This document shows, one piece after another, positions 42,508 to 54,999 of a stretch of DNA of 64,000 nt. The notes below the pieces were generated by a model. The model had not been told where the DNA came from. It saw only the letters and a program-made list of their open reading frames with translations, and searched no databases. Within the stretch, counting starts at the first letter, position 1. Each line of letters opens with the position of its first letter. Origin of the DNA: Trypanosoma brucei. Lineage: Eukaryota. The DNA is taken from the NCBI GenBank assembly GCA_000002445.1, contig CP000070.1:992001-1056000 (forward strand), in the 5' to 3' direction. The translations under genes and the position numbers were made by a program.

Positions 42508-45462
42508 GTGTTTGTGTTTTGTATTCACACAAATATGGTAAGTAAGTACCACCGCTTGCTTCAGCAGGGGCTACGTGAGGAAGAAGGAGTCACTGAACGA
42601 CATATGGTGGCAGGCGGTGAACAGCGGCACGGGCACGTGGATGACGACAATGCGGAAGGGGATGCTGATTTTTATGACCAGAAAGATGAGCGGCGAGCGA
42701 AAATGTCGAATCCTAAACATGAGTCTGCGAATGTTTCCGCGGGCGGGAAGCAAAATAGGTCGGTGAGGGATTGCCTCCCCGGTTCCCTTCCTCCCGTAGC
42801 CAATACGAGCACTGACGCGGCGGTCAGGTTTGATAGGGAACGAAAAAATGCGGGTCACGGGATTGATATTTCGTGTGTCGAAGGCGACGGTGCGCAAATG
42901 GGTACGTACGTCTCCACCGGCCGTAGTGACGCAAAAGCAGGGGGAGGAAGTAGCGCTATAGGCGTCACTGCCGATGATGAGAGTGATGGGAATTTGGACA
43001 CGGACGGTAGCGACGCTTCTGAGGGCGATGAGGTTGAGTCGACAACCGACGCTGATGTGTATGGGGAGGACGATACCACTGAAGGGCCTCGTGGTGGTGT
43101 GCGGTTGTATTCTTGCGATGCCTGTCCGCATGCTGTGTTCACAACTCATGCAGCGTTGCTTGCCCACGCTGAGGAGCACCATGCGGATCTATTACCAGAT
43201 CATGCCCGTTTGCGTCGTATCGCACAAAAACTTAATCCAGTGTGGAACCGCGCTCTAAATGCCCGTCGTAACACCATTACATCGTGGGGGAAGAAAATAT
43301 TCCACGTGGCCGCGCAACGTGATGCGGGGGAGTCGAAGATGCAGGAGGCTCATCGTGCCCGGGCACAACTGGAATGTGTTGTGCGCCGCTGGCATGATAA
43401 AGCACGTGTCTTTATATTTGGAAGCTCTGTGGCGATGGGCGTGTGGGACGGCACAGCGGATATTGATTTTGCCGTCGTTGATGTTGATGCAATGGAGCGT
43501 GGAAGTTGGCCACCGTTGGAGAAGAACGCTGTGCGTTCCATCACAGAGCTACTACGCCGGGTGGGGTTTTCATTTGTAAATTTGGAGCCAATTAGCCACG
43601 CTAGAGTGCCAATTATTAAACATCATGCTTCGTCACCAATCCTTACCGTCGCAAGAAGAGACGCAGAAGACGTTGTAGCTCGAAGCATTCGCTTTATTTT
43701 GAATGGCCCTGCCACGCGCGAGGATCGGTTGCTACTGGAAGGAAGCGTACGCGACGCTGTGGGCCCCACTGGGGTGCAACAGGTGTGGTGGAACCGCACC
43801 TCCGACATGATGTCAGCCACACTCGAAAGTACTACCGCTGCCGTTAGGGCAGCAATGTGCAGCCCGGCACTTGCCTCGGCATCACTGCGCACAAAGGTAC
43901 AGCCGGCGCATGATGAATGCAGGCCAGAGTTGTATAATATTGACTTCGATCTCAGCTTCCGCGCATTTGGCATACGCAATTCAACTCTTCTACGGAAATA
44001 CTTACTTAGTCACCCGTGCGCTCGACCAGGAGCCATTGTACTTAAAGATTGGAGCAAGACAAGTGGTGTGAATAACTCCGTTAACGGTTACTTTACTAGT
44101 TATGCAATCAACATAATGTGGATATATTACCTTGTTCAGAAGGGTTATGTGCCGTACGTGGATCCTCTTGAAATTCCTGAATCACTCGTAAATTATACCG
44201 ATTTTGACCCCAGGTACACCCCGATGATAGACCCAGAGATTACGAACACAGAGCGGGAGGAGCTGTACAAAGCAGCCGGCGACATGCTTGTGGGGTTCTT
44301 CTATTTTTACTCATTTGAATTCGACTGGGGGCATAACGTAATTTCCCTTAACCGGCCGGGAATAACAACGAAGAGGATGCTAGGGTGGCACGTTGAGGAC
44401 GTTGTACCGGTTGCTTCCACCTCAGTGAGCAGTGGTGGTGGAGGTAGCAATGTGAAGCGACACCCTACAAGGTACGAGCTTTGTATCGAGGATCCCTATG
44501 AAGAAAACTTAAATTTGGGCCGACACATCGGAGTAACGAAGTCGTTGCGTGTGCGGACGGAACTCTACCGCGGTCTCTTATCCTTATTGAAAGAGGGGGA
44601 GACAAGGTCGTGCGTCTTCGCCGCAGCGGATTCATCAGGCACGCCGGCGGCTGGGGGTAAGCAGTCGGCCGCTCTACCAGCTCGAGCACTGTTCAAACTG
44701 ATGGCCTTAACAACTCAGGCTATATCAGAATCAAGGCGTCTCCCACAAAGTAATAGTGACAATAGCGGTCGCATTGGTAACGGTGATAATGAATCCCTTA
44801 CGGAGGTCGGCGGTGGCCACAGGGTTGAAGGCGCTGGTGTCGATCCAGCTTCCTGCGCAGGGGCGTCGCTTTCCTCCTTCGGTGAGCCACCGATTGGAGT
44901 TCATGAGAAAACGCTTGAAAGCATATTTGTTGAGAAGGCCCCTATGGAGTTTCAGTTGGTACGAAAGGTATGGAACTGGCACCAACTGATCCATCGGCTC
45001 GGGTACAAAATACACCGAGGTCACGTGATGCCACGGCGTGAAGTTGGGGTACGTTGCACCGCCCGGCGCGATGCGGAAGAAACAACAACAGAACTGGCTT
45101 CGGACGTTGACACAACTAAGAGCCTGAGACCTGGGCGAGGTCTTACAGACACCATGCTGCGAGACCTGAGCCGCGGCTACATGACGCTCACACCGGAATG
45201 GGTTGCTTGGTCAGCGCCATGGGTAAGCCAACACTTGCGCGGATACAGCCGCTTAACGACAGTGCGTTCCGCAGTGGCCGATGAAACCCCACCCGCCCTG
45301 GCGACGGTTCCGTCTGTCGTGAAACCACCGACTGGAGAGGCGGTTATGGGTGCGATGAGGACCACCCGCCGAAATGCTGCACCTGCTCGTAGGGTGGAGC
45401 TGCTGAAGTTATGGCTCTGGCGCGGCATCAGCAAGGTTACTCCATTCAAGAGCCCTCGTTGA
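42508..45462 (+). CDS. KRET1: RET1, the mitochondrial RNA-editing 3' terminal uridylyltransferase: C2H2 zinc finger plus Pol-beta-type nucleotidyltransferase plus PAP-associated domain (ORF 984 aa; likely start at Met 42535, MVSKYHRL)
   Basis: C2H2 finger Y-S-C-D-A-C-P-H-A-V-F-T-T-H-A-A-L-L-A-H-A-E-E-H-H. Nucleotidyltransferase catalytic signature F-I-F-G-S-S-V-A-M-G-V-W-D-G-T-A-D-I-D-F-A-V (G-S ... D-x-D). Size and architecture match kinetoplastid RET1, about 975 aa. Confidence 0.85.
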   Translation: MFVFCIHTNMVSKYHRLLQQGLREEEGVTERHMVAGGEQRHGHVDDDNAEGDADFYDQKDERRAKMSNPKHESANVSAGGKQNRSVRDCLPGSLPPVANTSTDAAVRFDRERKNAGHGIDISCVEGDGAQMGTYVSTGRSDAKAGGGSSAIGVTADDESDGNLDTDGSDASEGDEVESTTDADVYGEDDTTEGPRGGVRLYSCDACPHAVFTTHAALLAHAEEHHADLLPDHARLRRIAQKLNPVWNRALNARRNTITSWGKKIFHVAAQRDAGESKMQEAHRARAQLECVVRRWHDKARVFIFGSSVAMGVWDGTADIDFAVVDVDAMERGSWPPLEKNAVRSITELLRRVGFSFVNLEPISHARVPIIKHHASSPILTVARRDAEDVVARSIRFILNGPATREDRLLLEGSVRDAVGPTGVQQVWWNRTSDMMSATLESTTAAVRAAMCSPALASASLRTKVQPAHDECRPELYNIDFDLSFRAFGIRNSTLLRKYLLSHPCARPGAIVLKDWSKTSGVNNSVNGYFTSYAINIMWIYYLVQKGYVPYVDPLEIPESLVNYTDFDPRYTPMIDPEITNTEREELYKAAGDMLVGFFYFYSFEFDWGHNVISLNRPGITTKRMLGWHVEDVVPVASTSVSSGGGGSNVKRHPTRYELCIEDPYEENLNLGRHIGVTKSLRVRTELYRGLLSLLKEGETRSCVFAAADSSGTPAAGGKQSAALPARALFKLMALTTQAISESRRLPQSNSDNSGRIGNGDNESLTEVGGGHRVEGAGVDPASCAGASLSSFGEPPIGVHEKTLESIFVEKAPMEFQLVRKVWNWHQLIHRLGYKIHRGHVMPRREVGVRCTARRDAEETTTELASDVDTTKSLRPGRGLTDTMLRDLSRGYMTLTPEWVAWSAPWVSQHLRGYSRLTTVRSAVADETPPALATVPSVVKPPTGEAVMGAMRTTRRNAAPARRVELLKLWLWRGISKVTPFKSPR

Positions 45463-45882
45463 TGCTTTCCGTTACCCAGAGCTCCAGACGTGTTTATTTT
45501 ATTACTTAAACGCCATTTCTGCGCATACGGTTGTATGATCATTGACTTGGTTCCACTCATTGTTTGGCTTTGGTTTGTCTTACACCTACCATGTCTTTCT
45601 TTTGACACCGGTATGCCCTTTTGTGTTTTCTTCACGATAAAGTTGTCATATCTCTTTTTTTCACCCTTGTCTCATTACTGGTGATGCGACCACCTCGGTT
45701 GCCGCCTTTCGTCATCACGTATTTGTGTACCTTTGCTCAGGCTTGTAAGTTGTGTGTTAGAAGCTCTGAGAAGGCACTGAGCGTTGAGCGTGTCAGGATA
45801 AGGCTTGGGGGAGGTGAACCGTACGTTCCGCATCTGTTGCTTTACCCAAGTGACTTTATGTAGGTAGGTAGGATAGGAGGAA

Positions 45883-46386
45883 ATGCCGTCACCCTTTCAA
45901 CAAACTTTGTTGGCCCGCGCCTACCACTACGTGCATCCGAAGACTGGTCGACCCATTAGACAGTTTCGTCGCTATGGCGATCCGCGTTATATCAATAACG
46001 AAGCGGCACTGATTCGCGGGCAATGGGGCCTCATAACTGCGGATTTCGGTATGGTCACGCAGTCGCAGATGGAGAATGCACGTCTTGCAATCCTCCGTCG
46101 TCTACCCCGCGGGAGCTTCACACTCACAATGCACACCGATTACGAGGAGTTTCCGGTTGTGAAAAAGAGCCCAGAAAGTCGTATGGGTGCTGGTAAGGCG
46201 AACATTCATCATTTCGCGTTCAAGTTCACGACAGGGGTGCCGCTATTTGAGATCATGCCGATATCCGCCCGCCGTCTCAATCAGGCGGAAGCGGAGGGCA
46301 TATTTTTGGCAGGGAGACCGTTCATACCGCTTCAGACGGTTGTGGTGCCACAAGGTCGCGTTGATGAGTATCATGTCTTCAAGTAA
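45883..46386 (+). CDS. mitochondrial ribosomal protein uL16 (L16/L10e family), 167 aa
   Basis: Bacterial-type L16 core S-R-M-G-A-G-K-A-N-I-H-H-F-A-F-K-F-T-T-G-V-P-L-F-E-I and the upstream R-G-Q-W-G-L block. Length typical of uL16. Confidence 0.8.
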   Translation: MPSPFQQTLLARAYHYVHPKTGRPIRQFRRYGDPRYINNEAALIRGQWGLITADFGMVTQSQMENARLAILRRLPRGSFTLTMHTDYEEFPVVKKSPESRMGAGKANIHHFAFKFTTGVPLFEIMPISARRLNQAEAEGIFLAGRPFIPLQTVVVPQGRVDEYHVFK

Positions 46387-47337
46387 GTGACAATGGAAGG
46401 TGGAGCCTGCCGGAGTGGATGAGTGCAGGGGCATTAACTTTGTATTTTGCCTCATCCGGTTGAGGAACGAAAATAAATAAAGGAAGGGTTACTCACCTCA
46501 TCTGGCGTAAATGAATTGTGTACAGTTGTTTCTTACAGTTTGAGTCTGCGGGAGATGGTTATGGTTATCGCTGCTGCCATCACCACGCTATTTCCCCCCT
46601 CCCCCCACACACACCCAGCGTACCGCCGTTGTTCTTCACTTACTTTTATCAAGTGTTGTAAGTGCTGCCTTTTATCTGTCGTGAGGTTGGCTGTGGGAAA
46701 CGCAGTTCCACTCGTTGATTATCCAGTCATTCATATAGCACCCGTCGATACTCCGCGTTCATTTGTTTAGACTTTTTGAGCGTAGTGGTTGCTACTTTTT
46801 GACTGGTCTGCTTTTTCAAGGCGCTCATTCCTCTTCCTGTATTGTCATCCTTCCTAATGAAATTCCCTATACTTTTATTGTTATTGTGCCTCTCCTACGC
46901 CTCCTCTTTTTCTGTGCGCCACGCCACGGGGTAGAGTCGGCTCGGGATTAAGTTGCTTTGCTCTCCACAGAAAGTTGATTTAGAGTGCAACCTTGAGCTA
47001 GACGGCGGTGTGCAAATCGGGCGAAAGCGAATCCTCGCTAGAAGCTATTTGCACAGACCTCAAGGAACCGAGAAAAAAAACGAATAAGAGGAGAAAACAC
47101 ATTTAACGAATAAAAAGGATCGAGATAATCGAAGGAAATAGAGAAAAGTAACCCTTAGCTTCGTTATTCCCGGAGGAGCCAGAAAGGAAGCCAGTGAAGA
47201 CACTAAGTGGGGAGGAAGCAGCGCAGGGGCGAAGGAAAGGGAAAAGGAGCAAAAAGACGGGGGGGCAGGGAAACACAGCAACAAGGAAAAGACACGGAAG
47301 GCGGAGAGAAGGAAAAGCTGAAAAATAAGAAATTACG

Positions 47338-48300
47338 ATGACGTTGTCGTCCGGGAGCCTCCCCAATTTCTTTCCGAGCCTCGATGGCAGCAACATAAAC
47401 AACTTCCCGGATGAAGCCCCCACACCAATGCTCTCTATGCGCTATGACGACGGTTTCATGAATCTCGAGAACGGATCGCGACATCCTTCTTCGAACTGCA
47501 ATACCCCGAGCGTCCGTTTTCACAATGGCCTCGCCTGGGTGGAGAACTGGCAGCTGTCATCCTCTAACTTGGTACCGCAAACACCTCCGTCAGCGGCCAT
47601 TGGGCCCTCACGTTCCCCATCTTCATTCTCATTGATGAAATACAGCCATGATCCCTACGGTGTGCGTGGTAACAGTCAACCACAAATGCAGCAACGGGCG
47701 GCAGGTTGCATGATGGTGGGCCGTGGGCCTTCTCCGAACGGTTGCTCAAGTCCCGTGATGCGTCTCAGTTGTGTGGAGGATGGGTCATCGCGATTCGCAC
47801 CTGGTCATTCAGCAGTGGTGCCTTCGGCTATTGAACGTCCGCTCTCTCAAACAGGGCAGCGGGAATTCCCTGACGGGCGGCCACGCCGGAAGGGGCGCGC
47901 ACGTGATCGAACTCGTGGCGGGCGTTCTCTAGCTGACGTCCCACCTCCCACGAGTATGCGTTACTTCCCACCGCCACCACCGTGTTTAGAGAGCATGATT
48001 TCTTGTGGCATTTCGCAAGCAACCCTCGTAAAAATCGCGACGAGGTGGTATGAGCGTACCATCGCTTGCGAGCAGTCATATGTTGGCCGCCTGCATGGTG
48101 GTTGCGCTGTTCTCCACGGTGCGGCAGCGTTCCGACGGCAACCCATTCTCGGTAGTTTACAGCCGGTGTTGTGCCCCCGCATGGAACTCACGCTGCAGTT
48201 TACCTTTGATCAGTGGCTAAAAGCAGCGAGCCGATGGTGGGAGACTGTAATCCGCCCAATGACAATGGAATACCGACTGCCACCGCCCTATGTTTTTTAA
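47338..48300 (+). CDS. hypothetical low-complexity (Ser/Pro-rich) protein (320 aa)
   Basis: ORF on the cluster strand. About 400 nt of purine-rich sequence lies between the upstream polypyrimidine tract/AG (about 46760..46930) and the ATG. No domain recognised. Confidence 0.5.
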   Translation: MTLSSGSLPNFFPSLDGSNINNFPDEAPTPMLSMRYDDGFMNLENGSRHPSSNCNTPSVRFHNGLAWVENWQLSSSNLVPQTPPSAAIGPSRSPSSFSLMKYSHDPYGVRGNSQPQMQQRAAGCMMVGRGPSPNGCSSPVMRLSCVEDGSSRFAPGHSAVVPSAIERPLSQTGQREFPDGRPRRKGRARDRTRGGRSLADVPPPTSMRYFPPPPPCLESMISCGISQATLVKIATRWYERTIACEQSYVGRLHGGCAVLHGAAAFRRQPILGSLQPVLCPRMELTLQFTFDQWLKAASRWWETVIRPMTMEYRLPPPYVF

Positions 48301-51300
48301 CCTTTAGAGACACAGAGGGGAAAAGGGAAAAGATTCATTTACATATTTGTTTATTCGTGGGCGTACGAACATTTTCTTTCCGTCTCAGTTGTCAGCAGGT
48401 TTGGTCCACTTTCATTTTTCCTCCGTTCATTCCTGCTTACATCCGCATGGATTAAAACATTCGTAATTTTTTTTATTTGGTTTGTTTCTTCCACAGTCGT
48501 TGTTGTTTCCCCTATACTTACGGCTATCGTGTTTCGCACAGGTAGCTGCAGGCTGTTTGCTACGGGCACCGACATTAGTTTTTTGTTTTCTTTTTCGTTT
48601 GGACGACTTTTTTTTTTTTCCACCTCCCCCTCATTAAGAGTGAGAAATGTTTAACTGTATTGGGAGGTGAACAAATGGGTGTGAATTTAGTGGGGGAATG
48701 AGCGGTAATTTAGGAGAGAGAAGAAAAAAAAAAGGGAGAGAAGGTAAGGTAAAGTAAAGGAAAAGGGAAAAAGAAAAAAAACATTATCGTCAAATGGAGG
48801 TCGTGCACGTATTGGAACGTATACAAATACATTTACTTTTATGATTCATTTGTGTTTAGCACCTCATCTGAGTTACCCGACTACCCTCTTTTTCTCTTTA
48901 GCCACCTTTATTGAAAAAAAAAGGAAAAAAAAAGAAGAAACCCCCAGCGACAAATGTGGTGAAGAAAAGAGGTAAAACGAAAACAAAGCAAAATAACCTC
49001 AAAATAATAGTTATTTAATTATGAAACAGGGGCATAATGTTATACGAAAGGAGGAAAAGAGGTGATGGCGGGGGAACAGGACACACAAGCATACGCACGC
49101 ACACAAGCACACACACGAAAAATGAGAGAGAGAGAGAGAGAAAAAAAAATAAAAGTGAAAGAAATTAATTAAAATAGCCAAATAGAGATGAGGGAAACAA
49201 AGGGAAAGAGAAAAAAATAAAAAAAAAAGAACGAGGAAAGACAAAAATGATAGGAAACTAGCTGAAGTTAGAAACCAACAAGAAGTGAAGGAAACAAACA
49301 TGAATATATATATATATATATTGCAAGTCCAAAAGGGTTTTTTTAAAAAAAGGTTTGTGGGTTGGTGAAGCACCAAGGAAGAGGGGGAAAATGAGACTAG
49401 TTGAGCTGCTAGAAAAGAAAAAAAAATAAAGAAAGCGATTCTTTTCCCCCAAGTTAAATGTACACATACACATACACGCGCATGTAAATTATTACTATTA
49501 TTATTATTATTTTAGTGTGTATAACTTCCACAGTGAAGAAACAAAATTTCCCTGCCGTCATTGCCTGTACCAACTGTTTTTTTTTTTAAAAGAAGAGAAA
49601 TAAATGGGCAAATGAATGAGTAAATGTTTGTTTCGCTAAAGATTGAGAATAGGACGAATGAAAGGAATTTTGTGAAGTGTGTGCGGCTGCGCGCATCCTC
49701 TTCTTTTCTTACTTTAAAAAAAAAACAACACTTTTTTAACTCCTATTTCCCGTCTTCTTTTCCGTTTTTCCGTTTGTTCTCTGTGCTGATGTGCGTGAGG
49801 GGTTATTTTTGTTTTATTTTGTTGCGCATTTTTTGTTTCCTTATTGCTACATGCGCTTGACCCTTTCCTCCCTGTACCCCTTTTTACCAAAAGAAAAAAA
49901 AGAAAAAAAGAAGAAAAATAACAAGTAATGAGAAGGAATGAAAGTGACATGAATAAAATATTGGTTAAATATTTATTTGTGTGCGTGCGTGCGTGCGTGT
50001 GTGTGTGTGTGTGTTTTGACCTAATGAAACTGAAGCGGAGTCGAAAGAAAGAAAAAACAAAAAGAGGAGAAACATGTATTTATTGATATGTTACTAATTG
50101 AAGTTGAAAAGTTTCCCCACTGCTTAAGAAGAAGAAGAAACCTACATTTGTACACTTGTACAATCTCTTTTCCTTGTTTTGTTCTGTTTTATTTTACTTT
50201 AAATTTTTTTTGTTTTCTTGCGGCAATGGATTGGATGTGCGCGCGCATTCGGGAGTCTCCCCCTTCTTTTGTTTATTTATTTTTTTTTTTAGATAAGAAA
50301 AAAGAAATCAAGTCACTGAAACCAGACCAACAAATGAACATTGCCATCATTTTTGTTTTGATGCGAACTGGAAGCAATGAATGGGAATTCAATAAACAAG
50401 ACAAAACACACGTGAGTGTTGTGTGTGCAATAAAAAAAATAATAATAATAAAAGGAGGGGAAAGAAGGGGGAGAGGGAACAGGAGAGGAATTCGGGAGAT
50501 GGGGGGAATTCCCCTTTCTTTTATTTTATTTCCATAAGGAACAGAGTTAAACGGAAATAAAAATAAAAAAAATAAAAAAAATAAAATAGTAATAATAATA
50601 TATGTATCCCTCCAATTCCCTCTCTAACTCTCCTCTGAATGACTCCGTGAATGCGCGCGTTATTTTCCTTATTTCTCCGTGCCATTTATAAATTGCTGCT
50701 TTCTGATTCCCTCCTTTCCCCACTTCTAAAAAAAAGAACAAGAAAACAAAAAGAAGGAAAAAAAAAAGAAGAAACTCCACCGGTGTTTTTGAAAACTAAA
50801 GAAATTCAGCGAACCCATTTTGATTTGTTTAGTGGTGTTCGTTTTCTTTTTTTTTTCAATTATTATTTGCGCAGTTTTTCGTTGTTTCATTCCATTAATA
50901 TTCCCCCCCCTCTTTTCTCCCAGTGGAGGTGGGTGGCATTAGGACATGTTAGTGGTGATAATATTGCCGCTGTTTTTTTTTTCTCTTTTTCTTTTTAGCT
51001 GGCTGCACTTTACTTAATTATGTTATGAGTTTCTTTTTTTCTTCTTTTTTTCTTTTTTTTTTTGTATGTGTGTGGACGTGCGGTGATGAGTGTGACGACG
51101 ATGACGGTATGAGAGGACGGTACGGGAAGCACTTTAGTTCTTTTTTCTTTTTACATTAATAATAGTAATAATATAAATAGTAATTAAATGTAATAATAAT
51201 ATTAGTACAATATCAACGGGATGGGGAATCAAAATAATTAAAATGAAATTACTTGCGGCAGCGGCACCACCGCCGTCAGAACCGGAGGCGCGGCAATAAA

Positions 51301-54300
51301 AATAAAATTAAAGTGAAAAAAAGAGGAGGAGGAGGAAATGTGCACGGATGTTCCTTTCGTTGTTGTTGTTGTTTTTTTTTTTTTGCTAATTTCCTTATTT
51401 TAATCGCTTATATTATTATTATTATTATTATATTATATTATATTATTACAGCTTTTATTATTATTATTATTGTTATTATCTTTTTATCTTTTTGCTTTTG
51501 GGACCCGCACATCCCCTCTTTTTTTTCTTTATTTTTATTTTTCTTTGCTATATTTTATTGTTGTTTTAGCGTTAGTGAAAGTGGCTGCGGTGTGGAAGAC
51601 CTTTCTTCTTTTTTTTTGAAAATGAAAAAAACGAATTGCACCTGCAAATTCACGAAAGGAAACGAGAGAGTTAAAAAAAAAAAAGAAAGGAGAGAGAGAG
51701 AAAAAAAAAAAATTATTTTTAATAATTTTTTTTTTAAAAAATCACAATAATAGAAGGCAGAGACTCCGAGGCGTTGAACCATTGATGAGTTCAAGTACGA
51801 AAAGTGTCAACGATGTGTAGGATATTTGAGATGCCATAATAACACCACCAACAACAACATTTGTCTTTTTTTTTTTTTAAAACTTCATTCACGTTTGTTT
51901 CTTCATTTTTTTTTTCACTGATTACTCCGTGTGAGTAATTAGCGGGAATAAAAGAAGAGGATAAACAAAAAAAAAGCATAAAGAAGGAAATGTGAGAAAT
52001 GGATGGCTTCATGCACACACACACATATATATATATATATGTTGGAGCACTAGCTAGCCGTTACATTTCATTTTTGTTTGGTTGGCTTTGTTTTATTCCG
52101 TTTTTCTTGTTCAAACGTCCTCTTTTTTTTTTAATTATTTTATTTTATTGCTTTTGTTTGGTTTTGTCTAAAAGTTTCTTTTTTTTTTTTTTGCTTCCGC
52201 TACGGTGTGGAGTTCCACTTGTGACATGAGAGAACAAAAAGACATTTACACATATATTTCTTCAAGACCCCACATAACAGGACTTGATGAAAAAGGAACG
52301 AAACTCAACGCAACAGGAACTAGTGATTAAGCGAATACACGCAAAAAATTATATTAAATATATCTATATATTTATATATCTATATTAGATATATAATAAA
52401 TATATAAAAGATAATATATATATATATATATATATATAAATGTAATGTAATACACAAATATATGCACACGGATGTGATACAGAAACTGACGGTGTCAAGT
52501 GATGGCGGAGACAAGCGAATATGAAAAAAAAATAAACGAGAAAACCGAAACGGCTCGAGAGAAGGTGAAGAAGAAGAAGAGAGAGCAAGAGGGATAATTT
52601 AAGGAAAATAAAATAAAGAAAAAAAAGGGGGGGAAAAATCACGAAACGTGCGGAAGGAGGAAAAAAAAAACGGAACAAAAAGTGAATGAAAAATATTTAG
52701 GGATGTATTCTTTCTTTCTTCCTTTTTTTCTTTTTAGAAATCTTTTGCTTTACCGGGGCCAAAGGTCAGTAAGTAGGCGTCTTCTTTTTTTTTTTTTGTT
52801 TTTTTTTAAAAAAGGGAAAGAGAGAGAGTAATCTTTACTTCGGTGGCTGACGATTCTGTTGTTTTGTTTTTCCCTCTACTGTTGGTTTCGATCGACACCC
52901 CATTTTTTATTTCAGTCGCTCTCACCTTTTTCTTTGTTGTTTTTTTTTTCGTTTTGTTCTATTCATTTCGTCAACTTTACTTTCTTGAACAGACAAAAAT
53001 CTTTATGTGTCTGTGGAGGAACTGATGTTGTGCCTAGTCAGTTAATTTTTTTTGTTGTCGTTGCAATTCGCACTATTGTGTCCTTATGTTTTTTTCCTCA
53101 TTTTCCCTTTTTTGTAAAACAAAAAGAAGAAAAATTGTGTTTTACAATTTGATTGATTTAATTACTTGTTTTATTCCACCTTCCACTTGTTTCTTTTCTT
53201 TTTCTTTTTGCCCACCTTTTGAGATATAAATATAAATATAAATATAAATATAAATATAAATATATATATATATATTTATTTGTATATCATGTTTTGCTTT
53301 CAGATGTTTTGTTACTGTTGCTGCCACTTGTGAAAGCGCACATGTTGCCAAAATTCAGGCCTCCCCCCTTTTCCCCTCTTTTTTTTTCTCGTCTGTTTCG
53401 GTTTTTATGTCGTTTTTTTTTTTTAGTCTGTGTTATTTGTGCGTCTTCCTTTTTTTTCTTTTGAAGAAAAAATTTCTCTTCCGTTTTGTTTTTATTTTCA
53501 TTGCGTTGGCTGCAATTATCTTTTTTTTTTGTTTTTTTATTCCCGATATTGATTGTTTTTGTTATTGCCGCTGAGGCCGCCATATCCGCCAACGCACAAA
53601 CAAAAGGACAAAAGGAAGAAGAAGAAAAAGAAAAAAAGATAAACAATAAATAAATGAAGAATTAATTATATTTATATACACTAAATGTAATGATTATTGC
53701 GTACGAAGAAGTAAACGAGAAAATGCATGTTTTTTTTTTAAAGGAAAGAGGAAGAAGAAGAAAATGAAAATGAAAAGGGAAAGAGGAAGAGGAGGAGGAG
53801 GAGGAAGAGGAAGGAGAGGGATAAAAAAGAATTTAACATATGCAAGTGCACGGGAAAACGCACATAATTTGCTACAGTGTTTCACAACTATGCACGTTTT
53901 TTTTTCTTTTTTACACGTCGACTAATTTCCCTTTAAAATTCTTCTTCTTTTCAGAGTTTCTCAATTGCTTCTGCTTATGTTTGCCCACGAGTTATTTCGT
54001 ATGAACCCGTTGGTAATATTTCGATTTGTTATATTTATATTTCACTTTTACACCGCTGCAGTTTTTCATATCTTTGCGATTACTCCTTCTTTTCTTTTCT
54101 ATTTCCATTTCTGCTTTCGTTCTTTTCTTTTTCTCTTTTTTTTTAAAATGCTCTTAGTTAAAGCTACCTTCTACCATCTTTTTAGTGCGTGATTTACTCA
54201 TATAAATAATATATACATATCTGCTTAATCTCATTATTTGAAGGGAATAAAAGGGTCCCTCAGATGAGGAAGGGAATTTACAAGTAAAATAAGTTAAATT

Positions 54301-54990
54301 AAAAAAAATGAAGGGGAAATAAATTAAGGCATTATGACATTTAGGTGGTTGCAACACCGCCCCATAATTTAAAAAAAATTCATTGGTGCGATTGCTGGCC
54401 CTTTTGTTTTTCTTTTTGAGTTATTGCTGCTGCTGTTTTTGCTTGTTTAAATAATGCATGGACTCCCTGGTATATTCCTCCACATTGACCTTGGGAAGAA
54501 AATGTAATTACACTAATTATTGTGGTGATAATGCAGAGGCGGAATGAACGAATTACACGTGGTCACCCATTTTTAAAAAAAATCTCCCATCTCCTTTTTT
54601 TTTTGAAAAATGAGTTTTTACTCCTTTGATCGTCCTTTGTTCTCTCTTTGTTCTTCATTTATTTATTTATTTTTGTGTGCTCACATTGCTTCCCTAATGG
54701 AGGGGTTGGATTACAAGAAGAGGAAAGTCGTGAGAAGAAAGGTTTTAAATCTTAATTTAGTAAAGTGGCGATTGTTTATTTACGCTAGTGAGTATAGGCA
54801 CCGTTGCGCAAAGCGGCTTTCAAAGCAAAAATAGCAGCCGTGACAAGGAGGTGCGAGGAGGGAAAAAGAATATATATATATATATATATATATTTATTTA
54901 CAAAGAAAGGAAAGAAAAACTGGGGGAGGGGGTTTGCATACCCAACGACACACTGGATTCGTTGACGTTGGTTGTTGCGCTTCATAGGGT
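48301..54990. repeat. about 6.7-kb AT-rich low-complexity ORF-free tract with alternating purine/pyrimidine strand skew, dense in microsatellites
   Basis: No ORF over 165 aa, and the ones present are homopolymeric K/F/L noise. Microsatellites: (GA)n 49125..49145, (TA)n 49305..49321, (ATT)n 49490..49510, (GTGC/GT)n 49982..50022, (ATT/TAT)n 51400..51480, (TA)n-rich 52340..52440, (ATAAAT)8(TA)n 53227..53277, (GGA)n 53760..53812, (TA)n 54870..54895. UAUUUAU-type AU-rich elements on the plus strand near 49965, 50088, 50270 and 54658. Confidence 0.85.
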
Positions 54991-54999
54991 TCCACTTAA

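Noticed and set aside
48301-54990. Centromere interpretation of the AT-rich tract
   Set aside because: T. brucei centromeres are tens of kb of uniform AT-rich satellite, usually with retroelement remnants, and lie at strand-switch regions. This tract is 6.7 kb, heterogeneous (many different microsatellites, no single satellite unit) and inside a unidirectional cluster. I retained it as a finding under other interpretations.
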